A stretch of DNA of 63,480 bases, counting the filler, from Reticulomyxa filosa (taxonomy: Eukaryota > Protista > Foraminifera), in assembly GCA_000512085.1 (NCBI GenBank). It is 14 parts of 14 records of this genome, joined end to end, with 100 filler letters (N's around TTAATTAATTAA, not from the genome) between each part and the next. Parts side by side here need not be neighbours in the genome. Positions count along the whole stretch, not along the records: positions 1 to 19,710 come from ASPP01012513.1; 13 more parts are not named here. One strand, 5' to 3'. Made by a program: the position numbers and the translations under genes. This document shows, in pieces, positions 1 through 14,356 of this stretch. Positions within the stretch are counted from its first letter, which is position 1; the number at the start of each line of letters is the position of its first letter. A model generated the notes under the pieces. It was not told the origin of the DNA, made no database searches, and saw only the letters and a program-made list of their open reading frames with translations.

Positions 1-3000
1 TTCATTGTGATAAAAAAACCACATCTGGGATCACAAATCATTTCTCGACCTAAAAATTCAAATTTTTCAACTTTTTGCTTGATTGCGTCTAAGAGTACTC
101 TCAATTGTGTCGAGACTACGGATAGCACTTCTGCTTCAATGCGGTTAAATTCGTCAAAGCACCCCCATGCACCGATTTGGATCAGTCCACTAAAAATCGA
201 GCCCATTGCCTTGAAATCCAGTCCCTCTCCGCAATTAGTTACAAAACAAGGGATTGCCAATGCCTTTGCTAAGTCCTATTTTGGTTTTGCAGTGAAATAA
301 AACTTTTTCCTTCTTCCAATTGTACCTCTTACTTAAAATCAAAAGATGGAGCCACTACTAAACTTTGACTGTTTCAGTCTTGCCCGTCCCTGCAGGGCCT
401 GCAGGCGCACCTCCCATATGAAAGGTCAGTGCTTGTGTCAGTGTGATGACACAACGATCTGTCAATGGGGTGATTACTAACCGACCATTCAATCCCATGT
501 ATTCATATCCATAGCGAAATGATCCCGTGCATTGACGCACTGCCACATCATCCAAATCTTTGTCCCAATAAAATTTCAGTTGTGACTCCCATTCGAATTC
601 GTTTGCATCAGAAACCGAATTTCGCACAAATCCAGCAACAATATCTCTTGCATGAACGTCAATGATAATTAGCGTGTTAATTTTACGCCTCTGATTTTTT
701 GTTAAGTCACTCCGACGTACTTGCACTATCAACTGATTAATTTGCTCAGTCATTTTTTCATTTAATTGCTTCATTGCATTCTTGTTACCTTTTGAGACCT
801 TTGGATTTGCCCCGACACATACAATGATGTTTGCTCCTCCTTTCTATCTCCAAAAAGAAAGGATAAAAAAAAAAAAAAACGAACCTTGAGAAAAGTATCT
901 TGGACTTGCCAAGTCCACCAAATTTGACATCCCAAGATTCCCACCATGCCTAAGCAGTCATAAGTCCAATCGACTCGGTTTTTTGATGGATACGTAAACA
1001 CTGCCTCTTTTGCAATCCGGTGCAACGTTGTTCTCATTGCCTTCTGCACCCCATTCATCCATTTTTCTACTTTGGAAGTTGCTTCAACAGTTTCGATGAA
1101 GTCAAATGTCTCCCCCTCACTTGACTCCATTCCAATAATATGGTGACCGCCTCTAAACTTTAGGTTTTTGCAATTGACAAATAGCTTTAGCATATGCTCT
1201 TGCACTGTGGTTGGATCACTGCTCCCCAAAATAGACAACAACTCTTCGTCACTTATGAAAAAGAAGCGAGGAAAGGCATTTCGTTTGCTTTCCAAATAAT
1301 CGCTTAGACTGCGTTGACAAGCGTCCAATTCGTTTGACAAGCGTTTTAAATCTTCAAATCTATTGCCATCTTTACAAGCCCTAACTGCATTTGGATTACT
1401 CTGCAAATTTTCCATCAAATTTTTAAATTCGTTGTGTATCGAGTCAAAGGCTTTCGCGGCATTTTTTAATTGAGTACGAATATCCTCACTTCCAATAAAA
1501 ACTCCTGTTTCGTTCACATATACGTATACACACTTTTGAGTTGTAATTTTTTTTTTTTTTTTTTTGTTTTGTTTTGCTTTGATTCGGAATACAAAAAAAG
1601 TTAAAAATCCTACCTTCCAGATACATCCATTTTTGTTGTACGGTGGTCCAAATCTTGATACAATCGGTCAATCCACTTAAGTTTTTGTCCCATTCTTGCA
1701 CTTCATTTCGAAAATGCATAACAAAGCGCGAATTCAACAGTGTTTGCAAATTTAACACGTCATCTTCCAATTCGGCCTCCATTTCACTGGTATCTGCCAA
1801 TATAGGCACTTCTTTGAATACACCCAGTTCAAAATTGCGCTTGCTCCAATTTTCTTTAATTGATGCCAATTTTTTTTCAATTTTCCTTTCTTGGATTGCC
1901 GCTTGGGTAATTGCAGCTATGCATTTTGTTTTCAACACATCGATAAAAAAAAAGATTTTTAAAAGACATTCAAACACTCAACAGATTTCCTTGGCAAATC
2001 GACTCAAGTTCATGTCGAACAACTTTCCCAAGGTAAAATTGGAAAGACGGAGGTCCATGTGAACTGATGTTAGATCCATTATTTGTTGCCAATGCCTATC
2101 TCTCAGTGCCTATTGATAAAACATGAATCAGTTGTAAAAAAAGAAAGGAAAACTTCAAAAAAAAAACCTCGTTCTTTAATGTTTCAATCACAGCCAATGA
2201 TTCTTTAAATGCGTGAATGGCTTCTGATACTTTTCGAAATGTATTCAAATTTTTTAATTCATTTGGAAGACAGTTCAACTTTTCCAAACAATCTTCACAT
2301 TCTTTGGAAAGCAAACCCACATCTAATTCGCTCCACAAAATTTTACTCCATTGCTGCGCTTTGTCACGGTGAAATAAGTACACATTAAATAGCTCTTCCA
2401 ATTGTTGCACTTGTTTTTCAACAAATGTTAAGTCTGGACATGTGGTAATTTCAATTCCGAACAATTTTTGAGCGTTCACTAATTTTGTCCTGTCCTGCAT
2501 AAACAAAATGTGCAAGATGACTATTTTTTGGAAATAAAAAAACATATTTAATAAAGCGTTACATTAATTAATTGAAGTAAGGATTCTTTGTTGTTGTTCA
2601 TTAATTCCAATCCATCTTCTAATGAAATGTTGTTTTGGTCAGGTCCTTCTTGAACAAATCGTTTTTTCATGTCGATTGTTCGTTCCATAAACACTTCTCT
2701 CAGCTCGCTAGTAACTTGAGTGAACCGCTGCTTCACTGGGAACAACTCTATGTCTCTTGTTTTGGCTTGAAATAATAAGTTTTCCCAACGTGCATCAATC
2801 CCTTGCAATATTTTGAAAGTGTCCTCACCGACTTCGTAATTGTACGTGGCCAGACAGCGATAGCATTCAGTGATATCTTGAAAGATCAAGCCCATTTTCA
2901 AGTTTTTTTGTTCTATTTTACGTATTGTCGTCAATACAAATTGTAATTGATCAATTGTGTTTGTTGGTAATTTTAAATTTCGCTTCAACTCCATCATTTC

Positions 3001-6000
3001 CGCATCAACTTTCATAAGTTGTCTATATTCAATGTCATTTGTTTATTTTATTCATTTAGTCCTTTTTTTTCACTGTCGCAGAATTGTTAGGTTGAACCAA
3101 TAACCCCCCCGCAAAAAAAATTAAAATGTAATACGTGGTCGATTCCTCCATCAAAATTGAGCAGTATTTATCTAGCCATTCTCTTGCCTTCTTTTTGACT
3201 TCGCCAACGATTGCAGAAACATCAACTTTCAAAAACTGGACAGTCATGGACAGCGGCAAGGTGTCCATTAGTTTCCACAAGCGGACATAAGGCCTCATTT
3301 TTGAATCAAAATAAGTCATGGGTTTATTTTGTCCCTTTAATCTTTCAATGTGTGCCAATGTGCGAGAATCCCAAAGGTGATAAACATTGTCATACTTCCT
3401 AAATTCTGTAATTAACGATTGAACTTGAGTGAATACCCATTGTATCAATTGCGAAACTTGATGGAATGCATTTTTAACCCTAGGGTCATCTTTGATGTCG
3501 TCGTGAAACGTATACAAACGCTGTTCGTCATCATCTTGGACAGGAACCGGGGCGCATGCAACGCACGAGTGCTTTTGCCAACGCGGAAAAGCGTAAGCGG
3601 TGCTCACCAATGATTTTAACACAGCACTGAAGGATTTATGGATGTCGGGAATCCGTGGTGACAAGAGAATTTCAGGTGGAGAGCTCATGAGGAAAGAAAT
3701 GGCGATCAAGGGTTTACACTTTGGTACCATGGTGTTTTCATAGTATAATGTGATGTTGTTTGTTGATAAATGTGTGGTTTAATGGTTTCGATAAGTTTAA
3801 AATGTATTGTAAGTTTGACATTCCTCCAACGATACATTGGACAAGAGCATTGTAACATTCCATTTCCACAAAGTGATACATTTCTTTCAATACAGTGTGA
3901 GACTTAGTCTCGGACTGTGCCACTACGCTTTCTATTTTGCCAAGCAATGGAACAATTGCTTCATATTCCTTTATCATTACTTCACATGTGTGTGAACGAA
4001 AGTCTTCTATCTCCCGACAAAAGTCGTCAATTCGTACAATTTTGCTGTTTTTTTCAAACGAGTTTACGTCCACTAGCGCAGCTGTTTGAATTCGAAATAT
4101 TTTCTTCTCGACCTGACACAATGCTTGCTTCATTCTTGATACAATGCCCTTTTACACAAATAATATGTGGTAATTTGTTTTGTTCTCTTGTTTCATGTTG
4201 GTGATTTTAGTTTTTCAATTTGTTAAAAAAATATAACACATTTTTATGTACATTGAAGTCTTGAATTGCTTTGATACACGTCTCAATGAAAGTGGATATT
4301 CCCAAGGAATTCCAATTTAAATGAATAAATCCCGGTCGGAAGAAAGCAAGCAAATTTTTAAAACATCTTCTGACCGCACATCGTTCATAAAATTGTAATG
4401 GTTCACATACTAACTCGTAGCTGTCCAACATTTCTTGTAGCTTGTCTATTGCTGTAATAAATTTTTGTTCTTGTAACAGAATTTTCATTGCGCTGTCACA
4501 AATCTCGAAGCCCATACGATCCAGATATTTGCTCTCTCTCACAATTTCAAATAATTCTGGTGCAAAGTTAACCTTCATTTCTAGCATCTGTGTCAAGGTC
4601 ATCCACTCCTCCAACGTCTCTTCAATATGATGAGCTAAACTGTTGCAAGGAGGATTCAGTTTCGCGTCTGTTTGTTTGTGTATGGTCATCCACTCAAAAA
4701 TGCATTCTCGTACAACTTCATAGAATTTGTTGCAATTTTTGATTATCATATGTTCTCGGTAATTCAATAAAAGGACCGCATCAGTAAAGTTAAACAATAG
4801 ATCATTTAATTCTGGAGGCAAATGTTTTTCACCATTTACCTCGATTGCACGTAGATCACCCGTTAAAATTTTTTCTGGTCTGTTATTTGTTTATTCGTTT
4901 GTTGATTTGTTCTACATTTGCAATTACAATTGTCTTTTTTTTTGTATGTGGCACTCCCCGCTCACCTAAATTTGTGCTTTACAGTTCGAATGTATAAGCA
5001 ACCAAATAACAAATTTTTTTTGGATTTGATCGACAACACTGGTTCCAATCGGCGTTCTTGCCATGATGTCTGTTCAATTTTGCTCAAGTCTGATGATAGC
5101 GTGAGCTGGTGATTGGTCAAGCTGGAGTTGGTATCATTCGCGCTAGTTTTTCGATTGTTGTTGCTTAAGAAAGCGTCTTTCCAAACACTGCCACCTGAAC
5201 GAGAGATCTTCGATCGTGTGACATTGACAAACGAGGCGATGCCTTCTTGCTTGCTGTTATTGATGCTGGCGACTTTAGAAACACTCATCCGAAAAATGGC
5301 CGAGCTTAATTGACTTGTAGTACGGCAATGTGTTTGCGTACGAAGCAATTGCGATTGCATCTTTGTACCGCTATTGCTTCCGTTGGGGTTATCTCCTCCG
5401 TAAGAATTTTCTTTGTAGCGATCTATGCATTGGTTTTCTGGACTTTTTCGTCCGCATTCTGTTGTAAAATACTTAATGCTGTTGTACACACACAAAATTG
5501 TGATTTTGTCTTTTTTTTTCATATCTATTCTAATCGTATTTCAAACCTGTAATGACGTGCTAAAATGGGCTCTTTCAGCAGCACGTCTACCAATTCGTTT
5601 GCTGCTTGACACCACTGACGAAACAGATCTTCTTCAAACTGCACAATTTCTTTGGCCACTCCTAGATAATGATCTTTCACTACTTGAAACTCAGGTGAAT
5701 TGTATAAGTCTTTGGCCTCTTGAAATCGAATCACCACATGTTTAATTTTTGCATACAAACTACGACTCCATGAAATAGCACCTGCAATGGGAGGCTGATC
5801 CTTGCTCACTGGCGGGTTTAGCTTGTTGTTATCAAAAATACTCTTTATCAGATCAATTTCTTTTCTGTAATGCACTAAAATATCACTAAATTTTAACATC
5901 ATTTGTTGTTGTATTGATTTACGACACTCAATATTTTTGAAATCTTGCAACAAGTTGAACGCTCCTTTGTTAGACATAATCCACACAAACAATTAAAATC

Positions 6001-8468
6001 TTTAATTTTGTAAAAAAAAAAATAAAGATTTTGAAGTTCTTGGCACTTTCTACGAATGAAGTTTACCTTCGGCACTACGCAATTTTTGAAATGATGTGTC
6101 AATTAATGTTTTGCTTCTCTCTTCAATTTCGTTTACTTCATCCCAAAACGATTTCATTATTTGCTCCCAGTTATTGTTGTATCGTCGGTCAAATGTACTG
6201 AATGATAAGTTCACAAACGGTTTTTTCAATAAATCTACTTTGTACGTCAGCTGATCTATTTCCTTGCTGTCTTTCGTAATTTCTTTTAGTCGTGGTCCTA
6301 AAAATTTGTTGAATTGTGCCAACACTTCAGCAACCTTATACAAATCGTTGCAAATTTTGGCAGTATACGTAGTCTGCTCGAACAACAGTTTACGATCAAA
6401 TTCCCACCGGTGATCAGTCCCTGATTGAAAAATAAGTTCTCTTTGTTCATGATAACAATCATGCCTGGCAGTTTATTTGTTTGTTTGAATACTCAAATAA
6501 AAGAAGTCACACATCAAATGCAATTAACAAGGATAAATACAAATGCTCTCAAGTTTATGGTCATGTACCATAAATGCAATACTCTCTTTGCATTGTCGAC
6601 AAGTTGCATTACTTTTTCTGGAACATGGTTGAATATTGTTCGGATGTTGATTTTGCGTGCAACACTCTCTGAAATTTCTACGGCAATTAAATCCATGAGG
6701 GTGCCATTCTTTCTTCCCTGTTGTAATGGCGAGAGATAATCCAAACCATTCGTAGCGCATTTAACATAGAAGGAATGGTTTCAATCATTGTCAATAAGTC
6801 ACCACTTTCAATGTTCTTGAAATGTCTTTCCAAGGTACTTAAAAACTTTACATTGTCTTTGGACTCAGTGTATAAGTGAAACAGTTCTTTCAGATGCATG
6901 GAAAACAATTGAACTTTTGTTGTATTGGAGTATTCTAAAACTTTTACCATGTTTCGAAAATCATGTGTGGTTAATTGTTCCCAAAGTCCTGACAACATTC
7001 CATAGCGTGTACGCCAAAAAGTTATTTCTGACAGAGGACCTTCTGCAGTTATGTGTCCATATATTACTGATTTTCGTGGATACAATGCATTCTTTCCACC
7101 ATTACGTTTGCGCTTTTTTTTTAAACAGTATTTAAAGAAAGAGATAGTAATTTTAAAAATCTAAAGTGTAAAACGAAATGTAGAGACACATTTTGGTGTG
7201 CGTATCCACATACATTGCAGTTATTCTTTAGGCTTTCTTGACATTGCAGAATAATTGACTGGATAATATTACACCAATCATCTAAAGCTGTTTCCAAAAG
7301 AGCCAGTATGTTCATGTTACTTGCGCATTCTTTGATGTTGTCTGCAGTTAAAACAATCGGCAGCTTTGGGATCGGTAAACGTGTGTCTCCATGAACTTGT
7401 TGAATGGCGTTGCCCAGTTGACTTGACAATTTGTTCATGTTTGCAAATAATTCATGATTGCTTGCTCTTCCTTTGTACGTGCAGAAATATAAAACCAAAA
7501 AATTTTCTTTTTACTTTAGGATTTTTAAAAACAAACAAAAGCTTTACCATTTTTTGTTTGTTATTGTGCCTTCAATGGCCAACTTTGTTGCAGTCATACG
7601 TTCACTCTGTCTTCCAGAAATATTTTCATATGTGATCGAAGGTGTGTTCGCGTCATATAAGATGTTACTATATACATTTTGGATCATGCGCTTCAACATT
7701 AACAAAGAATGGCCAGGTAGTACTGCGTATTCACAGTAAGAACTCATATGTTCATCGATTTCTTGTATTATGCCATCACCAGGGGGAAGAGGGATTCTGC
7801 TTTGTAATGTCTTAATTATATACATCGATCTGTAGATTAATAGTCAATTTTTTTCAGTTATTGTTCCAAGACATGTTATATTGGCATTGTTATAATGCTA
7901 TCTTTCAAAAAAAAAAAAAGAAAATGTTCATAACGAGACAACATTGTCATTTATTTTTTCTGGTAGTTTATCGGTACTGAGAAGGAGAGTTGTCTTGGGC
8001 TGATTTGTGCAGTTGATTGTTGCATCATTAATGAGTACGTCATTTTCAGAATCTCTTATTATTTCAGTTTCTTGATTTGTGATTGTATTGCTTGAGATAT
8101 CACCTTTGTGGTCATTATCTAATACCACATGAAATATCAGTGCCATTCCACATTCCTGATACTCAAAGAAATTTTTTATAACCTCTCCACAAGGCTTGCA
8201 ATTCTAAATAATCATTTATTATCAAAATATATTACAATTTTTTGTTTTATTACAATTTTTATAACAATATACATACCTCTCGATATGGTGCGTCTATTTT
8301 CTCCGTATTTTCTTTAAGCAAGTTATCCCTCATGCGCGGCAACGAGATTTCCGAGGCCAAGGGATTTACATACACTTTTTCTGATGACATAAGATCAAAT
8401 AGATGATGTGGTATATCCAAACATTTTGTCACAATCCGACGAAGCCATTCAATGCGGTTATCTGACAT
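1..8468 (-). CDS. DNAH10: Axonemal dynein heavy chain, DNAH10 (inner-arm I1/f alpha) type; multi-exon, 5' part through AAA1, runs off the window start
   Basis: Chain of minus-strand exons: N-terminus MSDNRIEWLRRIVTKCL; DHC_N1 motifs (GPLSEITFWR, ESKDNVKFLSTLERHF, RMVWIISRHYN, QPPIAGAISWSRSL); DHC_N2 (YLESKRNAFPRFFFISDEELLSILGS); AAA1 (YGYEYMGLNGRLVITPLTDRC, Walker A GPAGTGKTET, then GAWGCFDEFNR on the minus strand of 1-277). Short GT-AG introns lie between ORF pieces. Confidence 0.93.
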
Positions 8469-8809
8469 ATTACAATTTCTGTCCTTTTATATTCCTGCTT
8501 AATAGTTATTATGAATTCAGCCACGCAAGGCGATCACTCAATGTATTGACGCCATACACTCTTGTTCACGAAAAATTTGCAATTCTTCATAAAAATCATA
8601 ACTGTCGGAGAAAAACCAATCGTCTATTATGATGATAAAGCAAAATTTTGGACAAGTACATATTTACCACTGGTCATTATCTGAACTGTCTAATTTTTGC
8701 TGATAAACATTTGAATGTTAAAATAAAACATGTTTAATAATATTGTTTTACAGTGATTGATCTGAATTAATTCACTCTCTTTAGACAATGAAAACAAAAA
8801 TTTGCAAAA

Positions 8810-11800
8810 TTAAAAAGATTTTGATGTTCCAGAAAGTAATTTTTTGGAATGAGAAACATTAATAGGAATATTGTACTCGTCCCTGCCTTGAGGAATTTGC
8901 CCTTTGTAAGGTTTGTAACCCTTAATTTTTCTCAGTTTCAAAGCTTTCTTGTATTTCATTTTCTTTCTGATTCTCGGAATGGCTTGTTTACGGTACCTTC
9001 TTAGGCCAATGCTTTTGAATATCTTCATATTGATGAGTCTGCGCTCCTTATTTGAATCATCCTCGGCGTCGTCAGCTTGCCAATTGGTCATTTTCCTTTC
9101 TTCTTTGCGGACATACTCGTCAACAATTTTCTTTTCCTTTTCGTTCAACTTTTTCTCTTTTATTGCAAATTCCTCTTTTTTTCTTGTCATCTCTTCTTTT
9201 TTCTTTTCTTCTTCTTGTTTTTCATTTTCCATTTTGCGCTTAATGCGCTCGATTTTACGTTTAAACTGTATTTAAAAAACAAAGTTCCATAAGTTTCAAA
9301 AATGTTTGCAAAGAGAAAAAGTTTGTTACAGACTATCAGAGCCCCTGCGCACGATCATCACACAAGCCATGAATTTTTGTTCTTTTGTAATTGTAACATA
9401 TATTTGCAAATATCTTAAATACAAGCAAACATTGTTGCATATCACAAATTTATTGCGCGTGAACAAAATCAGAGGGTTTGTGCTTCGTGCTTTACGCGTC
9501 ATCACAAAAAAAAGAAAAGAAAAATAAACATGATTAACCTCTTTGTTGTAATTTTGTCTGCTAAATACGGTTCTCAGAGATTCCATTGTATTAACCGTGT
9601 TTTGATAAATGTCTCGCAGAGTGCCAATTCTTCGCCGCAGTTGTAACATGCGCGAAAAAATAACATTTTTTTTTTGCATTTTTCCTTGTGACTATTATTT
9701 ATTTAAAGTGTATAACAGAAAAAATCAAAATTCCTGGAAATCAACAAACAAAAGAACAAGCAGTTTCAGATTCGCCTTTTAATCAACACCTTATTTTAGT
9801 AACAGTTATTACCACAACACAACAACAATTTGACCCGTCGAAAAGCGAGAATGTCTCAAAATCATTCAACTTTTGTTTGATCGAGTTGTTACCAAAACAA
9901 ATGCCTAGCCTACTCTAATCCTTGCTTTTTTGAGCTGGTTTATTAACGCTTTTTCCTCAAACAAAAGCGACATTTTGCTACATTGTGATCACGCTTCGAG
10001 TGCAGTGGGTAAAATTGTTGGTGTATCGTGATAAGTGCAAGGATTTTCTGATTACTAAATTGATCATCAAAGAAAATGAATCAAATAAGAACCACAAAAG
10101 ACTTACCTTGAGCTTCAGGAAAAAGCATAAGATCGAGGCATAAGTTCTGAGCAAATCTAAAAACATTGTTGCATCGTTAACGGCATTGGTAAATTTTTCC
10201 GATATAGCTTTTTTACGAATAGAGTTAACATTTTCCATTTCTTGAATGGTCACTTTTAGTTCCGTGACAATTCCAGGTAACTCTGGATGATCTCGTCTCA
10301 CGATATCCATTACATCTTCCTCTGTTGCTACAGCGGTCCAGTTTTTAACAATTTTTTCCATTGGCACTTCATTCACAGGTTCAAATTGTGTATCTTGAGG
10401 CTTTTTTGTTTCTTTTTGTGTAAACTTTGATTTTTCCTTTGGTACTTGCTTATTTTTTTCCGGTATTGTGTCATCGTGTTCATTCCTATTTCCAACATTT
10501 CAATTTTCTTGCGATATATTTTGCAACACAATCTTTTTTACAAGAGATTATTTCTGTTTCAGAATGAAAACATTCGTCAGCGTTCTCCAACCGTTAAGAA
10601 GGAGAGCTCAAGAGTTGGATTGAACTAGATTCAGTGCTTTGCACTTTTTTCATCCTAACAAAATTTTAAAAACTCTCCAGTTATCTTAACTCAAAAAAGC
10701 TGTTTGATTTTTCGTTTTGTTTTTCAGCTTCATGTTCTTGAGTAATCCATTCCTTCATCAAACTTAAAATTTCTTTGTCGTAAAAGTCCTGTTTTATCAA
10801 AAACGGCACACGTAAAAAAAAAAAAAAATGTGATAACAAATGTCACTGGACAACGGATATTTGAAATATTTAATGTTTTCAAATGTGATGTGTCCAGTTT
10901 TTTTTTATTTTCTTTAAAACAAAGAAAATAAAAAAAAGTTGATCTTGCAATCTCAACGAAAGACAATAATCATCAAAAAATTCATATTGTCTGATCAACT
11001 GAGATGCGAATATTCTTAAGCACAAGAACATTTTCTACCAAACTTCTTTTCGTGACGTTTTAGCCAAATTTTTTTGCATTTGAAGGCCAATTTTCTCTTC
11101 ATCGCGCAATTCCTGCCATTGTGCGTCTGTGCTTGCTTTCTTTAATGTCTCTGTTTGTGTATCCGCACCATAGTACATTTTTTGATTCCGTCCCCATTCC
11201 ACTTTTCCAAGATTCTCTTCTACATCCTTATCCGCGACGTTTCTTTCAATGTCCGAAAATTCTGTAAATGCCACATTTATGCAACGTGCATTCAAAATAT
11301 GATCCCCTTTCCACAAAACCTTTGATTAATGAAATACAAAAAAGCTTTAATATACCTGAGGAAGTACTTTCGTTATCGCTTTGATTCTCATTTTCTTCTT
11401 TTTGTTTAAGTTTTTTTGAAATTTCCAACATTCTTTGCTCCCTTGACTTCGTGGAATCATTTGCAAACATGTTTTCATCAATTTCCTTTTCGACACGAGC
11501 AAAGTCGATGTTTTCGTCATCCCACACCTTTGTCTTTTTATTTGCAGATAGTGTCTTTTTGGATTTCCTCATCACTGTCTGGAGGAGAGTCATCTATAAT
11601 ACCCAATGTTACAAACAAAACAAAAATTTAAAATTCCATAACGTGTTATCTTACAAAACAAAAAAGTAAACGTGAAAAAGAACTGTCTACATCTTCCTCG
11701 TCTTCTTCCTCTTGCATTATTGTATCGATGTCTTTTGCGTTGTTTTCTTCAAGTTGCGTAAAGGGGACGCTGTTATCATTGTTATTGTCAAGGTCATCAC

Positions 11801-12475
11801 CACTCGATTCCAACAAATCCTCTTTGGAATCATATGATGAAGCATTTTCGTCTATCTCTTCATCGTCAGAGTTCGTTTCACGCTTTTTTTTTTTCTACTT
11901 TTATCTCGGAACATGAAAATATCATCATTTTCATCGATTTCATCCAACATTTCATTTCCGGACAACTATTACCGTATTTTTTTTATTTATTTTGCACAGC
12001 TTATCACGCGAAATTGCGGAAAGGTGTGTCAACTTCAAAACTAAACTTCAGAATCACTTGCGTCCAAATCGGATCCCTCTTTTTTGGCCTTTGCTTGAAC
12101 CTTGCAGTCATATCTTTTTCAAATTTACCCAAGTGTCGCTTCGACGATGTAATGTTTTCATTTGGCTTTCCTGTGTTCATAACCTTTCCTATTGTTTTTT
12201 CCATGAACTTGTCCGCAGGGCCAAGGGCTTGCGCCGTTGTCAAGTGTCCATATTTCCAATTCTTTCCACTGCCTTTTTGGTTTATTTTGTTTCCCTGTTT
12301 TTTTATTTGAAATCAACGTTTGAAAAATTTTGAAAAGAATGATAATCGACCTACCATCATGTCACATACTTTGCTGAAATTTCTTGTTTTTATTTTCTCG
12401 TAAAAACCTTTCCGCTTCTTTCACATTTCGAATTTTATCCTTAAATCGGTGCTTTCTTTTGTTAAGATTCGGCAT
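8810..12475 (-). CDS. UTP3: Sas10/Utp3 small-subunit processome protein, multi-exon (5' end approximate)
   Basis: Acidic N-terminal exons; WGRNQKMYYGAD and ELRDEEKIGLQMQKNLAK; central DHPELPGIVTEL helix; basic C-terminal Sas10 domain KSIGLRRYRKQAIPRIRKKMKYKKALK. Candidate ATG at 12475, but exon 1/2 phase could not be resolved. Confidence 0.8.
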
Positions 12476-14356
12476 TTTTTAGATTAATGACGGAAAGAGG
12501 GTATTAACACACAAAGAAAAGAAAGACCTAAAAATTTTTTAACCTTTGATCTAACCCTTCCGAAGTTTTAGTTGCTAAAGTACTAGTGTCAGCGACAATT
12601 GTGAACATCAAAAGTACATATTAACCGGTGTGGACTATTTTTTTGTTTGAGTTTTATCTAGTTTGCTTTGTTAATGTCTTTTTTACAAGTATGAAATTGC
12701 TTTGTTGAGAAAAGTAATTATTACATGTTTGGCAGCCCCACTTTTGCAATAGCTAGCACAAATCATTCAGATCTATGGATGCTATACAAGCAATTATTTA
12801 TATCATTTTGATGTGATAATCTGACAAATGACATACATTTCACATCTTTATCTCCTAAATTATTCAAGAGAAAAAAACAGTAAAAGCGTTATGATAACAA
12901 ACCAAAGTTTTTTGGTGAATGTCATGAGCAAATTAGTTGAGTTACGTTCATATTGTTGTCCCTCAAAAATAAATAATAAAGGAATAGCAATCACAAAATG
13001 TATTCTTCCCATTGCATCTGTTCTTTAACTGATTTGATGCTGCAAAATTAAAAATATATTTAAAAAAAGAAGTGTAATTCATGTGCGATAGTAATATATC
13101 TATATAACTTTTTTCCTGTAGACGATACATTGTGTTAAATACATATGAATAGAATCTTCTTAACTTCAACAAATATTTTTCTACATAACACATTATATGC
13201 TAAATTTTGAAATTCAATTATAAATTCATGTTACATGAATCACACTTTTTATAATGCCTTTTTATAATTTTAAGTTAAAACTTATTAGTTTTGGTTGTTT
13301 TGTCGTGATAAATTAATAATTTAGAAGTAATGAAAAAAGGTATAATCACGTGGAATTCATGGAAACACAAGTCTATTTATGTTTTTCTTGCTGTTTCGGG
13401 AAATAGAGTTTTACATTTTGTGCTTCTCCCACAAATATACTAAAACTTTTAAAGCAAATCACGTTTATTAATTTTATTTTTGAGGGCTTGAAGAACCAAA
13501 TTTTCTCCGTTGTCGAAAATTTATATTATTAATTCCTTACAGATATTTTTTATTTGGAGGTACTTTGTGCAAGTTTTTTCCTCGCTCCAAAATGGAATGA
13601 GTAGATAACTTGTTGAACTTTCCATTATCTTCAAAGAGGATAGTCAGTATGACTTTAGACAATTTGAGTTACATATCAGCGAGTCAATCAAAAACTGCAG
13701 TGCATAATATATTTTTGGCAAAAATTGGTATAATATTTTCATTAGTAATTTTTCTCTTACTATGCATTGCTGTTGATCCATAATAAACAAATGAAAACAA
13801 TTGGTTGTTCGATTGATATGTCATAACCTGAAGCCTTTTCAAAAACAGTGCTTAAAAATTCGTGAGTTTTAGTGATATTGTCAACCTAAATCTATAGTGG
13901 TTTCAGCAAAGGATGCGATACCATAATTCTTACATTCACTGTGGATGACTGCAGAAATGTAAGGCATTGTTCAGAGGAAAAACAATGAAGGGTGGACTAG
14001 TACTTTTTTATTGATGGAGCTTGTTTCATGACTTGAATTGATAATTCTCCTTTCAATTGAATGGAATATCAGCGCCTGATTGATATCGCTGAGGAAATTA
14101 ATACAAATGAAACATCCAAAAGACATTGTCGATTTTTATTTTTGTTTGAAGTTTTTCTGGTGAGTTTGCAAGTTGCGGCAGTAGTTGTGAACTGGAATAA
14201 TAATTGTGAGCGACGTTTGAATTGGTGGTAAGTTCAAAAAAAAGAGCATAAACAATGGGAAATAAAGAAGAGAAAGAATTTCAAAAGAGTGTAAACAATT
14301 GTTTCCCGTCTGTTTCTTTCTTCCTTCTTCAACATGGTGGTGATTAAAAAAAAAGG

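Noticed and set aside
8949-9292. Phe/Ser/Leu-rich ORFs antisense to charged coding regions (also 38336-38699, 60318-60867)
   Set aside because: Shadow ORFs produced by K/E-rich codons on the opposite strand.
13400-14130. Exon-like patches here and at 25500-27100, 28840-29620 and 49071-49800
   Set aside because: No sustained frame or recognisable motif; likely pseudogene debris, so not called.
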